Shown one piece after another: positions 51,857 through 62,225 of a DNA stretch of 64,000 nucleotides. Every line of letters starts with the position of its first letter. Position 1 is the first letter of the stretch. Location of the stretch: NCBI GenBank assembly GCA_964514565.1, contig CAZERA010000001.1, positions 124,001 to 188,000 of the forward strand. Direction: 5' to 3'. The stretch comes from an uncultured Candidatus Peribacteria bacterium (GTDB taxonomy: Bacteria > Patescibacteriota > Gracilibacteria > RBG-16-42-10). Made by a program: the position numbers and the translations under genes. Under the pieces are notes generated by a model, which ran no database searches, was not told the origin of the DNA, and worked only from the letters and a program-made list of their open reading frames with translations.

Positions 51857-52756
51857 ATGAAACAAAAATACATTGTGGGTCTGGGCGCAGGGGTAATGGA
51901 TTATCTGCAAGTAGTGGATTCTTTTCCTGCTACTAATACTAAAATTCGTAGTTCAGTAGCTGATCTGCAAGGCGGTGGCTCTGCTATGACTGCTTTGGTT
52001 ACATTGGCTCATTTAGGTCTGCCTTGTCTGGCTCTTACTGTAGTTGGTGATGATCCCGTCGGTGAGATGATTGTGCGTGACCTTGCTAACCATGCTGTGG
52101 ATACCCAGCTAATCCAAAAAAGTACTCAATCGCATTCATCACTTTCATCAGTAATTATTGCTAAACAAACACGTACAATTGTTGGGCATTATGAACTGGA
52201 GCACAAATTGAATCTAAAAAAAATCAAAGATAGTATCTGGGGAGCTGTACTATTATTACATGTGGATGGGCATCATGCTGAGGCTGCTTTGCAAGCGGTC
52301 CAAAAGGTAAGAGCGTTGGGTGGTTTGGTATCTATAGATGGAGGTCATGCATCGCCTGATATTGATGCCTTGTTGCCATATGCTGACATCATGATCATGT
52401 CGGAAACTTTTGTGTTGGAGAGAGCAAAACAAAAAGAGCTTGCCACTCATATGAAGATGCTTAATCAAAAGTATCGGCCTAAAGTTTTAATCGTTACTAG
52501 AGGTGAAAAGGGTGTGTGGTATTGGGAAGATGGTAAAGTGAAAAAGCTGCCAGCATTTAAGGTGATCGCTAAAGATACGACTGGAGCGGGGGATGTGTTT
52601 CATGGTGCTTTTTTGTATGGATATTTGCAAGAGTGGTCTTTGCAAAGATCTATTCAGTTTGGCCAAGCAGCATCAGCTTTGAAAGTGCAACATTTGGGTG
52701 CGCGACAGGGTATCCCTAGCCAGAAGCTGATAGAGCGGTTTTTGAAACGTCAATAA
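51857..52756 (+). CDS. PfkB-family carbohydrate kinase
   Basis: GGGSA, VGDD, VTRGEKG, DTTGAGDVFHG. Confidence 0.93.
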   Translation: MKQKYIVGLGAGVMDYLQVVDSFPATNTKIRSSVADLQGGGSAMTALVTLAHLGLPCLALTVVGDDPVGEMIVRDLANHAVDTQLIQKSTQSHSSLSSVIIAKQTRTIVGHYELEHKLNLKKIKDSIWGAVLLLHVDGHHAEAALQAVQKVRALGGLVSIDGGHASPDIDALLPYADIMIMSETFVLERAKQKELATHMKMLNQKYRPKVLIVTRGEKGVWYWEDGKVKKLPAFKVIAKDTTGAGDVFHGAFLYGYLQEWSLQRSIQFGQAASALKVQHLGARQGIPSQKLIERFLKRQ

Positions 52757-52763
52757 TAACCAG

Positions 52764-53498
52764 TTAGCTCTTTCGGCCTAGTACTAAGCTGAATATGGTT
52801 TTTAGTGTGGCAGTGACTTCGTGGTTTTCAATCAGGATGGCGAAAGCGTCGTAATAGAGATTAAGCATCAATACTTTCTGATCGAAAATTGCAATAGATG
52901 AATAGAGTGTGCCTTGCTCTTTGGGGAACAAATGAATAATTCTAGCTTGTTTTTTATCTTTGGCTTGTAGTTTTGTATTAATTTCTGCGTTACTACAAAT
53001 AGCCTCGAGATTGATCTTTCTTTTTGCTCGCTCATCCATGAAGTGATTCATAAATTCTTCACCGAAACGCATTACTAAGTCCTCATGTGCGCCAAACTCT
53101 AATATAGTGCTTTTGCTTTCAAGTAATAATGAATAAGCTTTTTTGCAGTTCTCTACGCCCTCGTAAAAAGTGACTTTCGGCTCACTACTATAAGGTGTCT
53201 TGAATTCTTCTAATAAGGGTAGCACTTGTTCTAAGCTGTGTTTTTGTTGTTCTAGCTCAGCAGATTTGTGTTTTGCTAAATCGGTCGGCTGTGCTTCAAA
53301 ATACTGGGTTCGTCCTTTTTGTGAGCGTTGAATATAGCCTCGATCGACTAGATTTTTTAGAATAAATAAGACTGTTGCTTTGGGGTACTGCACTTTTTGG
53401 GCGATTTTGGTGCCATTACTTTTGCCGAATTCTAATAAACAGAGGTACACCGCTATTTCTTTTTCATTAAATCCTAACTTTTGCAGTAACTCACGCAT
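52764..53498 (-). CDS. TrmB-family transcriptional regulator
   Basis: LGFNEKEIAVYLCLL, PKVTFYEG; divergent from the AlaX gene. Confidence 0.88.
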   Translation of the reverse strand: MRELLQKLGFNEKEIAVYLCLLEFGKSNGTKIAQKVQYPKATVLFILKNLVDRGYIQRSQKGRTQYFEAQPTDLAKHKSAELEQQKHSLEQVLPLLEEFKTPYSSEPKVTFYEGVENCKKAYSLLLESKSTILEFGAHEDLVMRFGEEFMNHFMDERAKRKINLEAICSNAEINTKLQAKDKKQARIIHLFPKEQGTLYSSIAIFDQKVLMLNLYYDAFAILIENHEVTATLKTIFSLVLGRKS

Positions 53499-53587
53499 GT
53501 CATTAATATTTGTTGATGTCTTTAGTATAGTGTTTATTTTTCTATTGTATAGAAGTGGTAATCTATCGTTAGAAATAATTGATATAT

Positions 53588-54286
53588 ATGACAAGATTAG
53601 ATTATTGGCAGATGCCAGCTTTGGCTACTACCGAAGCAACCGTCTTGCAAATGCTAAAAGCTGAAGATGGTAGAGATGTAGTAGTTTTGGATAGTACGAT
53701 CTTTTATGCCCAGGGAGGAGGACAGCCGGGGGACAGAGGCTCAATTAGGGCAGAGGTCAGAGCGGCAAGGTCAGAGGTTTTGGGCGAGTTCTTGGTTGAG
53801 GATGTTCGGCATGTGGGTACGGATGTGTACCATTATGGTACTTATAGCTCGAGGCAGTTTGAGGTTGGGCAGACTGTCATTTTGGCGATTGATTGGGAGA
53901 GACGTTTGCTCAATACTCGGCTGCATTCTGCTGCTCATCTTTTGGATGCTTTGATGCGGCAGTTCTATGCTAGTTGTAAGCCGATTAAGAGTTATCATTT
54001 TCCTGAGGGACCCTATGTAGAGTATCAATGTAGTGAGGTTTTGGATTTGGAGAAGATGCAAGAGCTCCTTAGCCAAGAATGTGCTCGGCATCAAGTCCAT
54101 AACATACCCACTACTATTGATCTTACCAATCCTGAGCGGCGAGTTGTTACTTTATATTTGCCAGAACCACATGCAATTCCTTGTGGTGGCACACACGTAA
54201 ATAGTGTCGCTGAAATTGGTCGGGTCCAGATTCGTAAGATCAAGCTGAAGAACGGTGTGTGTCGAATTAGTTATGCTTTGATTTGA
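53588..54286 (+). CDS. alaX: AlaX-type alanyl-tRNA editing protein
   Basis: TIFYAQGGGQPGD, HSAAH, CGGTH. Confidence 0.92.
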   Translation: MTRLDYWQMPALATTEATVLQMLKAEDGRDVVVLDSTIFYAQGGGQPGDRGSIRAEVRAARSEVLGEFLVEDVRHVGTDVYHYGTYSSRQFEVGQTVILAIDWERRLLNTRLHSAAHLLDALMRQFYASCKPIKSYHFPEGPYVEYQCSEVLDLEKMQELLSQECARHQVHNIPTTIDLTNPERRVVTLYLPEPHAIPCGGTHVNSVAEIGRVQIRKIKLKNGVCRISYALI

Positions 54287-55347
54287 TGTTCAATAGTAGC
54301 CGAGCCGACACATTCATCTTCTTGATAGAAGACAATACTTTGTCCTGCAGTTATTGCGCGTTGTGGCTCGCTAAAGCTAACAGTTCCATCTTCGTGCACT
54401 ATACAATCCTGGTCTGGTTGGCGGTAACGAATCTTTGCTTTGCAGGCATATGGTAATTCTGGCTTTTTCGAGATCCAGTGCATATTATTTGCTTGTAACT
54501 TATTAGCAAAAAGTGCTGGATGATCGTGGCCTTGGACAGCAATTACTAGATTGTTCTTCACATCAGTTCGCGCGACAAACCATGGTTCACTCAGCGGCGA
54601 GGTATTATGAATATTGAGTCCATACCGTTGACCAATAGTATAGTTGTAGGCACCTTCATGTGAACCAATCTGTTTTCCATCCTGATCAACTATTTGCCCT
54701 GTTTTTGGCGGCAAACGGAAACGAAGAAAGTCTTGGAGATCGAGCTTGCCGATAAAGCAAATTCCTTGGCTGTCTTTCTTGGTGGCTGTATAAAGCTTGT
54801 GTTCCTTGGCATAAGTTCGTACTTCACTTTTGGGCATCTCACCAACTGGGAATAGAATCTTGGAAAGCTGAGCTTGGTTGAGCTGACATAAAAAGTAACT
54901 CTGATCTTTTGTAGGGTCACGGCCTTTCAGTAAATGAAAATAGCCATCTGGGCGTTCTTCTACACGGGCATAGTGACCTGTCGCAATCTTTTCTGCCCCC
55001 AGTTCTTCAGCATATTTGAGCAGCGCATCAAATTTAATCAGCTTATTGCAAAGAATATCAGGATTAGGTGTGCGGCCAGCTTGGTACTCTTGATAAAAGT
55101 ATTCTAAAACCAACGCTCGGTATTCTTGCTCGAAGTCTACTGTTTTGAGCACTATGCCCAGTTGGGCAGCTACTGCCAGCGCATCTAGTCTGTCTTTGAC
55201 CCAAGTACATGCGCCTGTCTTTTCAGCTTGATTGTCTGACCAATTTTTCATAAATACGCCAAAAACTTGGTGCTCTGATTGCTCTTTGAGCAGTGCTGCT
55301 GCAACTGACGAATCGACCCCACCAGACATAGCAATCGCAATTTGCAT
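54271..55347 (-). CDS. mnmA: tRNA 2-thiouridylase MnmA
   Basis: AMSGGVDS, TPNPDILCN, ATGHYA, KDQSYFL, DSQGICF. Confidence 0.98.
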   Translation of the reverse strand: MQIAIAMSGGVDSSVAAALLKEQSEHQVFGVFMKNWSDNQAEKTGACTWVKDRLDALAVAAQLGIVLKTVDFEQEYRALVLEYFYQEYQAGRTPNPDILCNKLIKFDALLKYAEELGAEKIATGHYARVEERPDGYFHLLKGRDPTKDQSYFLCQLNQAQLSKILFPVGEMPKSEVRTYAKEHKLYTATKKDSQGICFIGKLDLQDFLRFRLPPKTGQIVDQDGKQIGSHEGAYNYTIGQRYGLNIHNTSPLSEPWFVARTDVKNNLVIAVQGHDHPALFANKLQANNMHWISKKPELPYACKAKIRYRQPDQDCIVHEDGTVSFSEPQRAITAGQSIVFYQEDECVGSATIEHQIKA

Positions 55348-55468
55348 AACTAATCGTAAACTATAAATAGGAAACAATTCTATGGCTCAGACAATACATT
55401 CTCTCTAGCCTAGAGACAAATAAGTGCTATAATTGAGAGAAATCTAACAAAAACTAATTACTTCATTT

Positions 55469-56686
55469 ATGTCTTCACTTCAATTTTCTACCAGAACTAC
55501 ACTGAGTAAGCGAGTGAGTCTGATCAGTAAATATCTCGGAGTTGGACTAGCTCTCGCTAGTATGGCTAGTGTCTTGGTGCCTATGGCGCAAGCAGCTACA
55601 ACTACTACTAGTGATGGACAAGCTATGTTGATGCTTTCTCCTGACACTGGCAATTTTGCAGTAGGGGATAAAGTGACTATGCAGGTATTGCTCGATACCA
55701 AAGGACTCGAAGTGAGTCAGGTGGATTTTAAATTACAATACGATCCTTCATACCTAGAAGTACAAGATAGTGATTTGACCAAGAGTGGTCTCCAAATCAA
55801 GGATGGTGATTTATTTGAAGTGTTGCTCTCTAGTAGTCCAGTTAATACTACTACTGGTATGATTCAGTATTCAAAGTTGGCTTTGAGTGAAAGCAAATAT
55901 TACAAGACTACTGGCACCCCAGGAAAGCTCGCTACTATTGATTTTAAAGCTTTGAAGGCAGGTAGTACAAAACTTACTTTCCAAACAGCTGATGGTATTA
56001 GTACCAAAATCTATCGTGCAACAGATGATAGCCAAGTGCTCGGTGAGGTGACTAATGCTGATATTACTATCGGTGCTGGTAATGGTCAGTCAGCTATGGC
56101 TACTAGTAGCCCAAGTGCTAGTGCTTCACCAAGCGCTACGCCTTCTGTGTCAGCTACACCAACAGCTACTGCTGCAGTCAACAAACTGAGTCTTGCTTTA
56201 GCTCTCAATAAAAACAGCTTACAAGCTGATGGTACTGATAAAGCTACACTCCAAGCTACAGTAAAAGATAAAGATGGTAAGGCAGTACCTAATAGTAAAG
56301 TAGTATTCGGTCTGACAGGTAATGCCGTACTTGGTGCTTTGAGTGCGATGACTAGTGCTTCAGGTGTTGCTTCAACAACTATCACTGCTGGTACTCAGGC
56401 CGGTAATGTAAGCGTATCTGCTAACCTCGATGCTGATCCAACAGTTTCTAGTGCTGTACAAGTTACTTTAGTCGCTAAGCCTGCAGCTACACCAACAGCT
56501 ACTGCTAAACCTGCAACCTCTCCTGTTGCTACTCCAAGTGCTGCTCCTCAAGTCATCCCAGCTCCTGACCACCTCAACCAAGTCGGTCCAGCTGACACTC
56601 TAGCTATGAGTTTGATGTTAAGTATGGCGTTGGCAGCACTTGCACTTACTGCTCCTCGTTTGGTTAAAGTAATTGTGAAGAAATAG
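55469..56686 (+). CDS. Surface protein: cohesin-like and Ig-like (Big_1) domains with sortase-like tail
   Basis: GKLATIDFKA (cohesin-like), LQADGTDKATL..VKDKDGKAV (Big_1), LNQVGP + TM + basic tail. Confidence 0.8.
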   Translation: MSSLQFSTRTTLSKRVSLISKYLGVGLALASMASVLVPMAQAATTTTSDGQAMLMLSPDTGNFAVGDKVTMQVLLDTKGLEVSQVDFKLQYDPSYLEVQDSDLTKSGLQIKDGDLFEVLLSSSPVNTTTGMIQYSKLALSESKYYKTTGTPGKLATIDFKALKAGSTKLTFQTADGISTKIYRATDDSQVLGEVTNADITIGAGNGQSAMATSSPSASASPSATPSVSATPTATAAVNKLSLALALNKNSLQADGTDKATLQATVKDKDGKAVPNSKVVFGLTGNAVLGALSAMTSASGVASTTITAGTQAGNVSVSANLDADPTVSSAVQVTLVAKPAATPTATAKPATSPVATPSAAPQVIPAPDHLNQVGPADTLAMSLMLSMALAALALTAPRLVKVIVKK

Positions 56687-56714
56687 TGCGCGAGCTCACT
56701 AATGCTAAATACAC

Positions 56715-56745
56715 AAGAGAGAGTGGTACAAAACCACTCTTTTTT
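56715..56745 (+). terminator. Intrinsic terminator
   Basis: AGAGTGGT-acaaa-ACCACTCT followed by a T run. Confidence 0.75.
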
Positions 56746-56780
56746 GTTGTAGAATCGTTTTGCTAGATTTTGACTATAGT

Positions 56781-58148
56781 ATGAATAAAAAAATCCTTTT
56801 AATTGCTGGAGTAGTTTTGTTGTTGGCGGGCGGGTATGGTTTGTATTATTTCTGGTCTCAACCCCAAGTTGTATCTGAAACTACGCTTGATTGGGCGGCT
56901 GATCAGAAATCTCTCGACGAATTACCTAATATCGCTCCTCAAAAAGTAGGTACTGTTGTGCCTACGGCTATATCAACTACAAGACCTTCATTAAGCCCGA
57001 TACCCACAACTACACCGAGGCCACCTGAGAAAATTGTGGTACCAGCAGAGACTAGCGTACCCGGTGCCAGTAGCACTGATCCTAATATTCGTTTGGGTAA
57101 AAGTTTACTGACTCAAGGTAAATATGCTGAGGCACGTGATGCTTTTAACCAAGCAAACGCTAGTGAGGCGACTACTATTTACTATCAAGCTTTGATGGCG
57201 AGTTACTTTGGTGATCGTACTGCTTCAGTGGCTTCTTTAAACACACTCAAAGGACTGTCCAATGCAGATGCTAAATTGCAAGACAATGGTCAAAAGCTCC
57301 TGGATACCTACGCTTTGTTTGATACTTATCAAGATGGTAAACAGGAATTTCTAGCCGCTTTGATTGCTAAACAATTACTAGCGTTTGGAGAAGTGGATTT
57401 GGCAATCGGTAAATTGGAATACGTACTGACCAAGGTGCCTGATTATACTGATGTATCTACTTTGCTCGGCTCAGCTTATCTGATCAAAGGTAATTATGAA
57501 AAAGCGATTACTATCTTTACAAATTCATTGCCCAACGATCGTCCAGAAGTTTACTACTGGTTGGGCATTGCGCACTTTTATCAGCAAAGTTACAGCAAAG
57601 CAGTTGGTGCTTTTCAATTGGCTTTGGACAAAGGCTATCGTCCTCAATTCAAACCACATGAGAAGATTGCCGATGCTTATGTTTACATGACAAATTATAC
57701 CCAAGCAGTAGAGGAGTATAAGTCAGCAATCAATACCTCCGATGGTCAGGACTATATTGATCTCTATGTGCGACCGGTGTGGTTATATATCGATAAATTG
57801 CGGATGCCAGAGGATGCTTTGACTTTAGCCACTCAAGCTGTTGCTCGTTTCCCTCGATCGGCTATGGCTTACAATTTACTTGGTTGGTCACAATTAGGTC
57901 TTGGTCAATTTGACCCGGCTAAGCAGTCTTTGGACAAATCTGTCAGCTTGGATCCTACCTTGGCAGCGACTTACCTCAACTTAGGCAATTACTTCCGTTC
58001 TCAAAACAATCCCACCGAAGCAATCTCTGCCTATCAAAAAGCAGTACAGTATGATAAACAAGGCTCAATCGCTAAAGCGGCTCAGAATCTGATCAAAAGT
58101 ATTCCAGTTCCAACACTAACTCCTATTGACGCTGCTATTAGTGCTTAA
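56781..58148 (+). CDS. Membrane-anchored TPR-repeat protein
   Basis: N-terminal TM; TPR patterns LLGSAYL..GNYEKA, YNLLGW, YLNLGNY. Confidence 0.88.
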   Translation: MNKKILLIAGVVLLLAGGYGLYYFWSQPQVVSETTLDWAADQKSLDELPNIAPQKVGTVVPTAISTTRPSLSPIPTTTPRPPEKIVVPAETSVPGASSTDPNIRLGKSLLTQGKYAEARDAFNQANASEATTIYYQALMASYFGDRTASVASLNTLKGLSNADAKLQDNGQKLLDTYALFDTYQDGKQEFLAALIAKQLLAFGEVDLAIGKLEYVLTKVPDYTDVSTLLGSAYLIKGNYEKAITIFTNSLPNDRPEVYYWLGIAHFYQQSYSKAVGAFQLALDKGYRPQFKPHEKIADAYVYMTNYTQAVEEYKSAINTSDGQDYIDLYVRPVWLYIDKLRMPEDALTLATQAVARFPRSAMAYNLLGWSQLGLGQFDPAKQSLDKSVSLDPTLAATYLNLGNYFRSQNNPTEAISAYQKAVQYDKQGSIAKAAQNLIKSIPVPTLTPIDAAISA

Positions 58149-58151
58149 TCT

Positions 58152-58931
58152 ATGTATATCAAACCCAAGCCCTTTTTAGGCCAACACTTCTTGCATGATC
58201 GTGGTACATTGATGGCTATGCTGGAGGCTGGTGATGTACAACCATGCGATACTGTAGTGGAGATTGGCGCTGGTAATGGTGTGCTCACCAGAGAGTTATT
58301 GCTCAAAGGTGCCTATGTGACAGCTTATGAAATCGATCATGATTGTTTCCCCTTGCTACGTGAAATGGCAGCAGAGGATGATAATCTCAAGCTCAATGAA
58401 TTTTCAGTTTTGGAAGGATATCCGCCTGAAGAAAAATATAAGGTAATCGCTAATATCCCTTATTATCTCACTGGCACTATTCTTAGACTCTTTTTGCATG
58501 TCTTCACCCACCAACCTGAACGAATGGTGCTGCTGGTCCAAAAAGAAGTAGCGGAGAAAATTGTATCGCCTGATAGTTCTTTATTGGCTTTAGCTGTGCA
58601 GATGTATGGTAAGGCTAAAATAGTTCGTCGTGTACCCAAGGGGGCATTTTTCCCACCACCACAAGTAGATTCAGCTGTAATCCAAATTGTGGCCCATGAA
58701 TCACCTGTACTCCATGTAGCTAGTGAAGACTTCTTTCGCGTCACCCGTGCTTGTTTTCATAACCAACGTAAACAAATTCAGGTCTCTCTGCGTCAGGTGG
58801 TGAATCTCACTCGTGATCAATTGATCACAGAGTTGCAATCACTAGCAATAGATCCTACTCTGCGCCCGGAAAAATTATCTTTATCACAATGGGAAGCGAT
58901 AGTGCTCAAATTCCAGCCATTTATAATCTAA
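58152..58931 (+). CDS. rsmA: 16S rRNA dimethyladenosine transferase
   Basis: LGQHFL, VEIGAGNG, ANIPYY, FFPPPQVDS. Confidence 0.97.
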   Translation: MYIKPKPFLGQHFLHDRGTLMAMLEAGDVQPCDTVVEIGAGNGVLTRELLLKGAYVTAYEIDHDCFPLLREMAAEDDNLKLNEFSVLEGYPPEEKYKVIANIPYYLTGTILRLFLHVFTHQPERMVLLVQKEVAEKIVSPDSSLLALAVQMYGKAKIVRRVPKGAFFPPPQVDSAVIQIVAHESPVLHVASEDFFRVTRACFHNQRKQIQVSLRQVVNLTRDQLITELQSLAIDPTLRPEKLSLSQWEAIVLKFQPFII

Positions 58932-59932
58932 GTCAGTACGACTTTGCCTATCCCGAAAGCTTGGTGGCAAAAGAGCCGCTTGTTAAAAGAGATGAAGCAA
59001 AATTATTAGTGTATGACCGTGCTACGGAAGAAATTTCGCATCATCATTTTTATGATTTGCCACAGCTCCTCGGAAAAGAGGTGAGCTTAGTTTTTAATCA
59101 TTCCAAAGTTTTTTTAGCTCGAGTATGGGCTGAGAAGATTGGTGGTACTGCCAAGGTGGAAGTCTTATTCGTTCGCCAAGAAGATAGTGGCTTGTGGGCA
59201 TGTTTAATTAGACCTGGTAAACGACTACATATCGGACAAAGTATTCGTTTTGAAGATGGCTCTGAAGCTACACTCTGTGAAAAAGGGGATAGTGTTTGTT
59301 TATTAGAATGGCTTCACGAAGATCCATTCAAGTTTTTTTCCCAATACGGGGCTCTGCCGCTGCCGCCTTACTTAGCTGGCTCCAAGGCCACTATTGAAGA
59401 CTACCAAACTGTTTTCGCCAATCCAGTTGGTTCAGCTGCCGCTCCGACTGCAGGATTGCACTTTACAGAGGACTTGTTGCTAAAGCTTGAAAGTGACCAC
59501 CCTTTGCATTACGTTTGCTTACACGTGGGATTAGGTACCTTTAAACCGATCCAAACAGAAGATATCCGAACGCATACTATGCATGAAGAATATATTGAAA
59601 TGGGCTATGACGTGGCGGCTGCATTGAATAGCTGGAAGAAAGCGGGCAAAAAAGTTTGTGCTGTGGGAACTACTAGTTTGCGAACACTAGAAAGTACTTA
59701 TCACGAAGGTAAGTTTGAATCTTATATGGGAAATACTGGGATTTTTCTTTATCCGGGCAAACCTCCACAGGCTACTGATATGTTGATTACTAACTTTCAT
59801 ACCCCCCAATCAAGTCTGTTAGTCTTAATTGCTAGTATGGTGGGTGATCAAGCATGGCGAAGAATATACCAAGAAGCGATTGATCATGAATACCGATTGT
59901 TTAGTTTTGGTGACGGGATGTTGATTGTATAA
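58889..59932 (+). CDS. queA: S-adenosylmethionine:tRNA ribosyltransferase-isomerase
   Basis: PLPPYL, YQTVFA, AAPTAGLHF, LHVGLGTF, FSFGDGM. Start uncertain; overlaps rsmA. Confidence 0.95.
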   Translation: MGSDSAQIPAIYNLSQYDFAYPESLVAKEPLVKRDEAKLLVYDRATEEISHHHFYDLPQLLGKEVSLVFNHSKVFLARVWAEKIGGTAKVEVLFVRQEDSGLWACLIRPGKRLHIGQSIRFEDGSEATLCEKGDSVCLLEWLHEDPFKFFSQYGALPLPPYLAGSKATIEDYQTVFANPVGSAAAPTAGLHFTEDLLLKLESDHPLHYVCLHVGLGTFKPIQTEDIRTHTMHEEYIEMGYDVAAALNSWKKAGKKVCAVGTTSLRTLESTYHEGKFESYMGNTGIFLYPGKPPQATDMLITNFHTPQSSLLVLIASMVGDQAWRRIYQEAIDHEYRLFSFGDGMLIV

Positions 59933-59982
59933 TAGTCAGGTTTTAGGTGGGCTGATATAGTGCCGTTGATTTACTGCTATCT

Positions 59983-61719
59983 ATGACAAGCACTTCATCA
60001 AGTACTCAGTTTGGCGCTCCGTATGCAGTTCTTAATATCTCTAAATTAGGCCTTCGTTATTTTAGAATTGGCTTTCAATTATCAGCTAGTTCTTTAGCTA
60101 CACTTACTGAAAAGTTTAAGTTGCATCCTAATGTTGGTTGGATATTTACTACGGAGGGGTGGTGTAATCTAGTAATTGGTATTTTTGCTCATGACAATGC
60201 TCAGATAAATGATATTAGTTCCTCCATCAGATCTGAGCTCCAGGCGAGCGATACAATTGTTTTTCAATCTGAACTTACCAGTCTCTATGGTTTTGGTAAT
60301 AGACCAATGCTAGCTGATGCAAACGCAAAGGCAATGCCAATTATCGATGCAATTTACCAACCCCTAGAGTTTTCTCCTTTGGAACTAGATTATATTAAGC
60401 TACTGACGATGGATAGTGCAGTAGCATCGCCAGAGATGGCTGCAATCCTTAGTATTACTGAAGAAAATCTATCTACCCTCAAGGGCAATCTTGAAGATCG
60501 AGGCGTAATAGTGGGATATCAAGATAGAATTGATTATGGTCCCAAGCATTGGAAAGTATTTGTCGACACATCAAGCAGGAAAGTTGATTCTAGGATTGGA
60601 GATATAGTAGAGGCTTTATGGTCTGATGCACGATGTATCTATGTGGAAAGAGCGAATGCAAAATATGATTTAGAGTTTGAGTTGGTTTTAGAGTCAGCAG
60701 CTGATCTATCAAAATATACAGAAAGCTTTGAGACATTTCAGTTGATCCAATTCACAGCCAATGTCTATACAAACCTCTATCCATTGAGTAAAACAGCTAA
60801 TTTAGTAGAAATTAAAAAAGCGGTCGATCGACAAGTGGGCAATGTAGTTGACTTACGTGAGTCCAAGCTTTGGTATCTCAACTACCAAGGAGCGCAAGGC
60901 TATCTCAATATCTATGATCATCGTGAATACTTCGAAACAATGGAAAAGAGTGAACTGGATCTCTTTGACCAACTTGTCGCAGTTCTCAAAGCAAAATATC
61001 CCAATACACTTTTTCACATAATCGATATTGGTAGCGGTAACGGAATGAAAGGAAGAATCTTTATCGAGAAACTTGGAGAAAAAAGCATCAAGGCTTATTA
61101 CCCAGTCGATATTCAACCGATTGAGTTAGCTGCAGCAATGAATGCGCACAAAGGTAGTAAGTATGCTATCCATCCTACTTTATTAGACTTTGAAAATTTA
61201 GCCTCTCGTTTTCCTCTAAAATTACTGCCGGGTGAGATCCAAATATTTCTTTTCCTTGGTGGCACCTATGGTAATTATCCTAGCAATGTGATCAATAGTT
61301 ATATGAAGCCTTTGCTTAGTAAGTCATCCGTGCTGTTTATTGCTATGCCACTTCGGGCACCGGGGAAAAGCGATGGAGAGATTATCAGTTCTTATACATC
61401 AACTAGTGTGGAAGACGTTGCTTTTGGACCACTCACTCAGATTGGTTTTGAAAAGAAGGATTTTGCTAGAAATGCCCAAAATCCTGATCTCCATGTAATA
61501 CCAGTATTAGAAGAGGGGAGATTAGTAACAACACTACAGCTTAAAAATGATGTAAAAGTGCTTGATCGTACTTTCGCTAAAGGGACTGTGTTTAAATTTA
61601 CTACTTCTTGGAAACCCAGTTTACCTGACGTTCGTGAGGCGTTAGAAGCAGACTTCGTTCTGGAGGAAATGTTTCACAACCACGACATGTCTCTTACTTT
61701 GATCACCAAGTTAAAATAA
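59983..61719 (+). CDS. Fusion of Lrp/AsnC-like modules and an EgtD-like SAM-dependent methyltransferase
   Basis: N-terminal ILNISKLGL-like / GWCNLVI RAM-like module and internal HTH (LEDRGVIVGY); C-terminal SKLWY, IDIGSGNG.K, YPVDI, FLGGTYGN. Confidence 0.7.
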   Translation: MTSTSSSTQFGAPYAVLNISKLGLRYFRIGFQLSASSLATLTEKFKLHPNVGWIFTTEGWCNLVIGIFAHDNAQINDISSSIRSELQASDTIVFQSELTSLYGFGNRPMLADANAKAMPIIDAIYQPLEFSPLELDYIKLLTMDSAVASPEMAAILSITEENLSTLKGNLEDRGVIVGYQDRIDYGPKHWKVFVDTSSRKVDSRIGDIVEALWSDARCIYVERANAKYDLEFELVLESAADLSKYTESFETFQLIQFTANVYTNLYPLSKTANLVEIKKAVDRQVGNVVDLRESKLWYLNYQGAQGYLNIYDHREYFETMEKSELDLFDQLVAVLKAKYPNTLFHIIDIGSGNGMKGRIFIEKLGEKSIKAYYPVDIQPIELAAAMNAHKGSKYAIHPTLLDFENLASRFPLKLLPGEIQIFLFLGGTYGNYPSNVINSYMKPLLSKSSVLFIAMPLRAPGKSDGEIISSYTSTSVEDVAFGPLTQIGFEKKDFARNAQNPDLHVIPVLEEGRLVTTLQLKNDVKVLDRTFAKGTVFKFTTSWKPSLPDVREALEADFVLEEMFHNHDMSLTLITKLK

Positions 61720-61747
61720 AGCTTTTATAAACAATGCAATTGAACAC

Positions 61748-61781
61748 AAAAAAAGAGAGTAGGTGAGTACTCTCTTTTTTT
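61748..61781. terminator. Bidirectional intrinsic terminator
   Basis: A7-GAGAGTA-ggtgag-TACTCTC-T7 between convergent genes. Confidence 0.85.
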
Positions 61782-61809
61782 GAATAATGAATTGATTTGG
61801 TCTTGTTGC

Positions 61810-62214
61810 TTAACGTTTGCTCCACTGAGGCGCGCGGCGAGCTCTCTTGAGACCTGGCTTTTTTCTTTCTTTTGCGCGAGGATCACGAGTGAGGAAACCA
61901 GCTTTCTTGAGGGTAGGACGGAGTGTAAGATCTAATACAGTCAATGCGCGAGCTACAGCGTGGCGAATTGCTTCTGCTTGGCCAATCATACCACCACCAG
62001 ATACCATCACAGTCAGGTCCACAGTACCTTCCATACCGACAGACTTGAGAGGAGCTAATACTGATTGAAATTGAGCACCTGTCTTGAGATACTTGTCCAT
62101 TGGTAAACCATTGATAGACACATCACCTTTACCTTTTGGAAACAATCGTACTGTAGCAGTAGATGTCTTGCGATATCCGTTTGCGTAGAAGTAATTAGAA
62201 GTTTTAGTAGTCAT
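61810..62214 (-). CDS. rpsI: 30S ribosomal protein S9
   Basis: GGGMIGQAEAIRH, RRAPQWSKR. Confidence 0.99.
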   Translation of the reverse strand: MTTKTSNYFYANGYRKTSTATVRLFPKGKGDVSINGLPMDKYLKTGAQFQSVLAPLKSVGMEGTVDLTVMVSGGGMIGQAEAIRHAVARALTVLDLTLRPTLKKAGFLTRDPRAKERKKPGLKRARRAPQWSKR

Positions 62215-62225
62215 ATAGTAGTAAA

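Noticed and set aside
58889..58931. queA as a pseudogene or frameshifted rsmA fusion
   Set aside because: An in-frame ATG exists at 58889 and all QueA motifs are intact; a simple overlap explains it.
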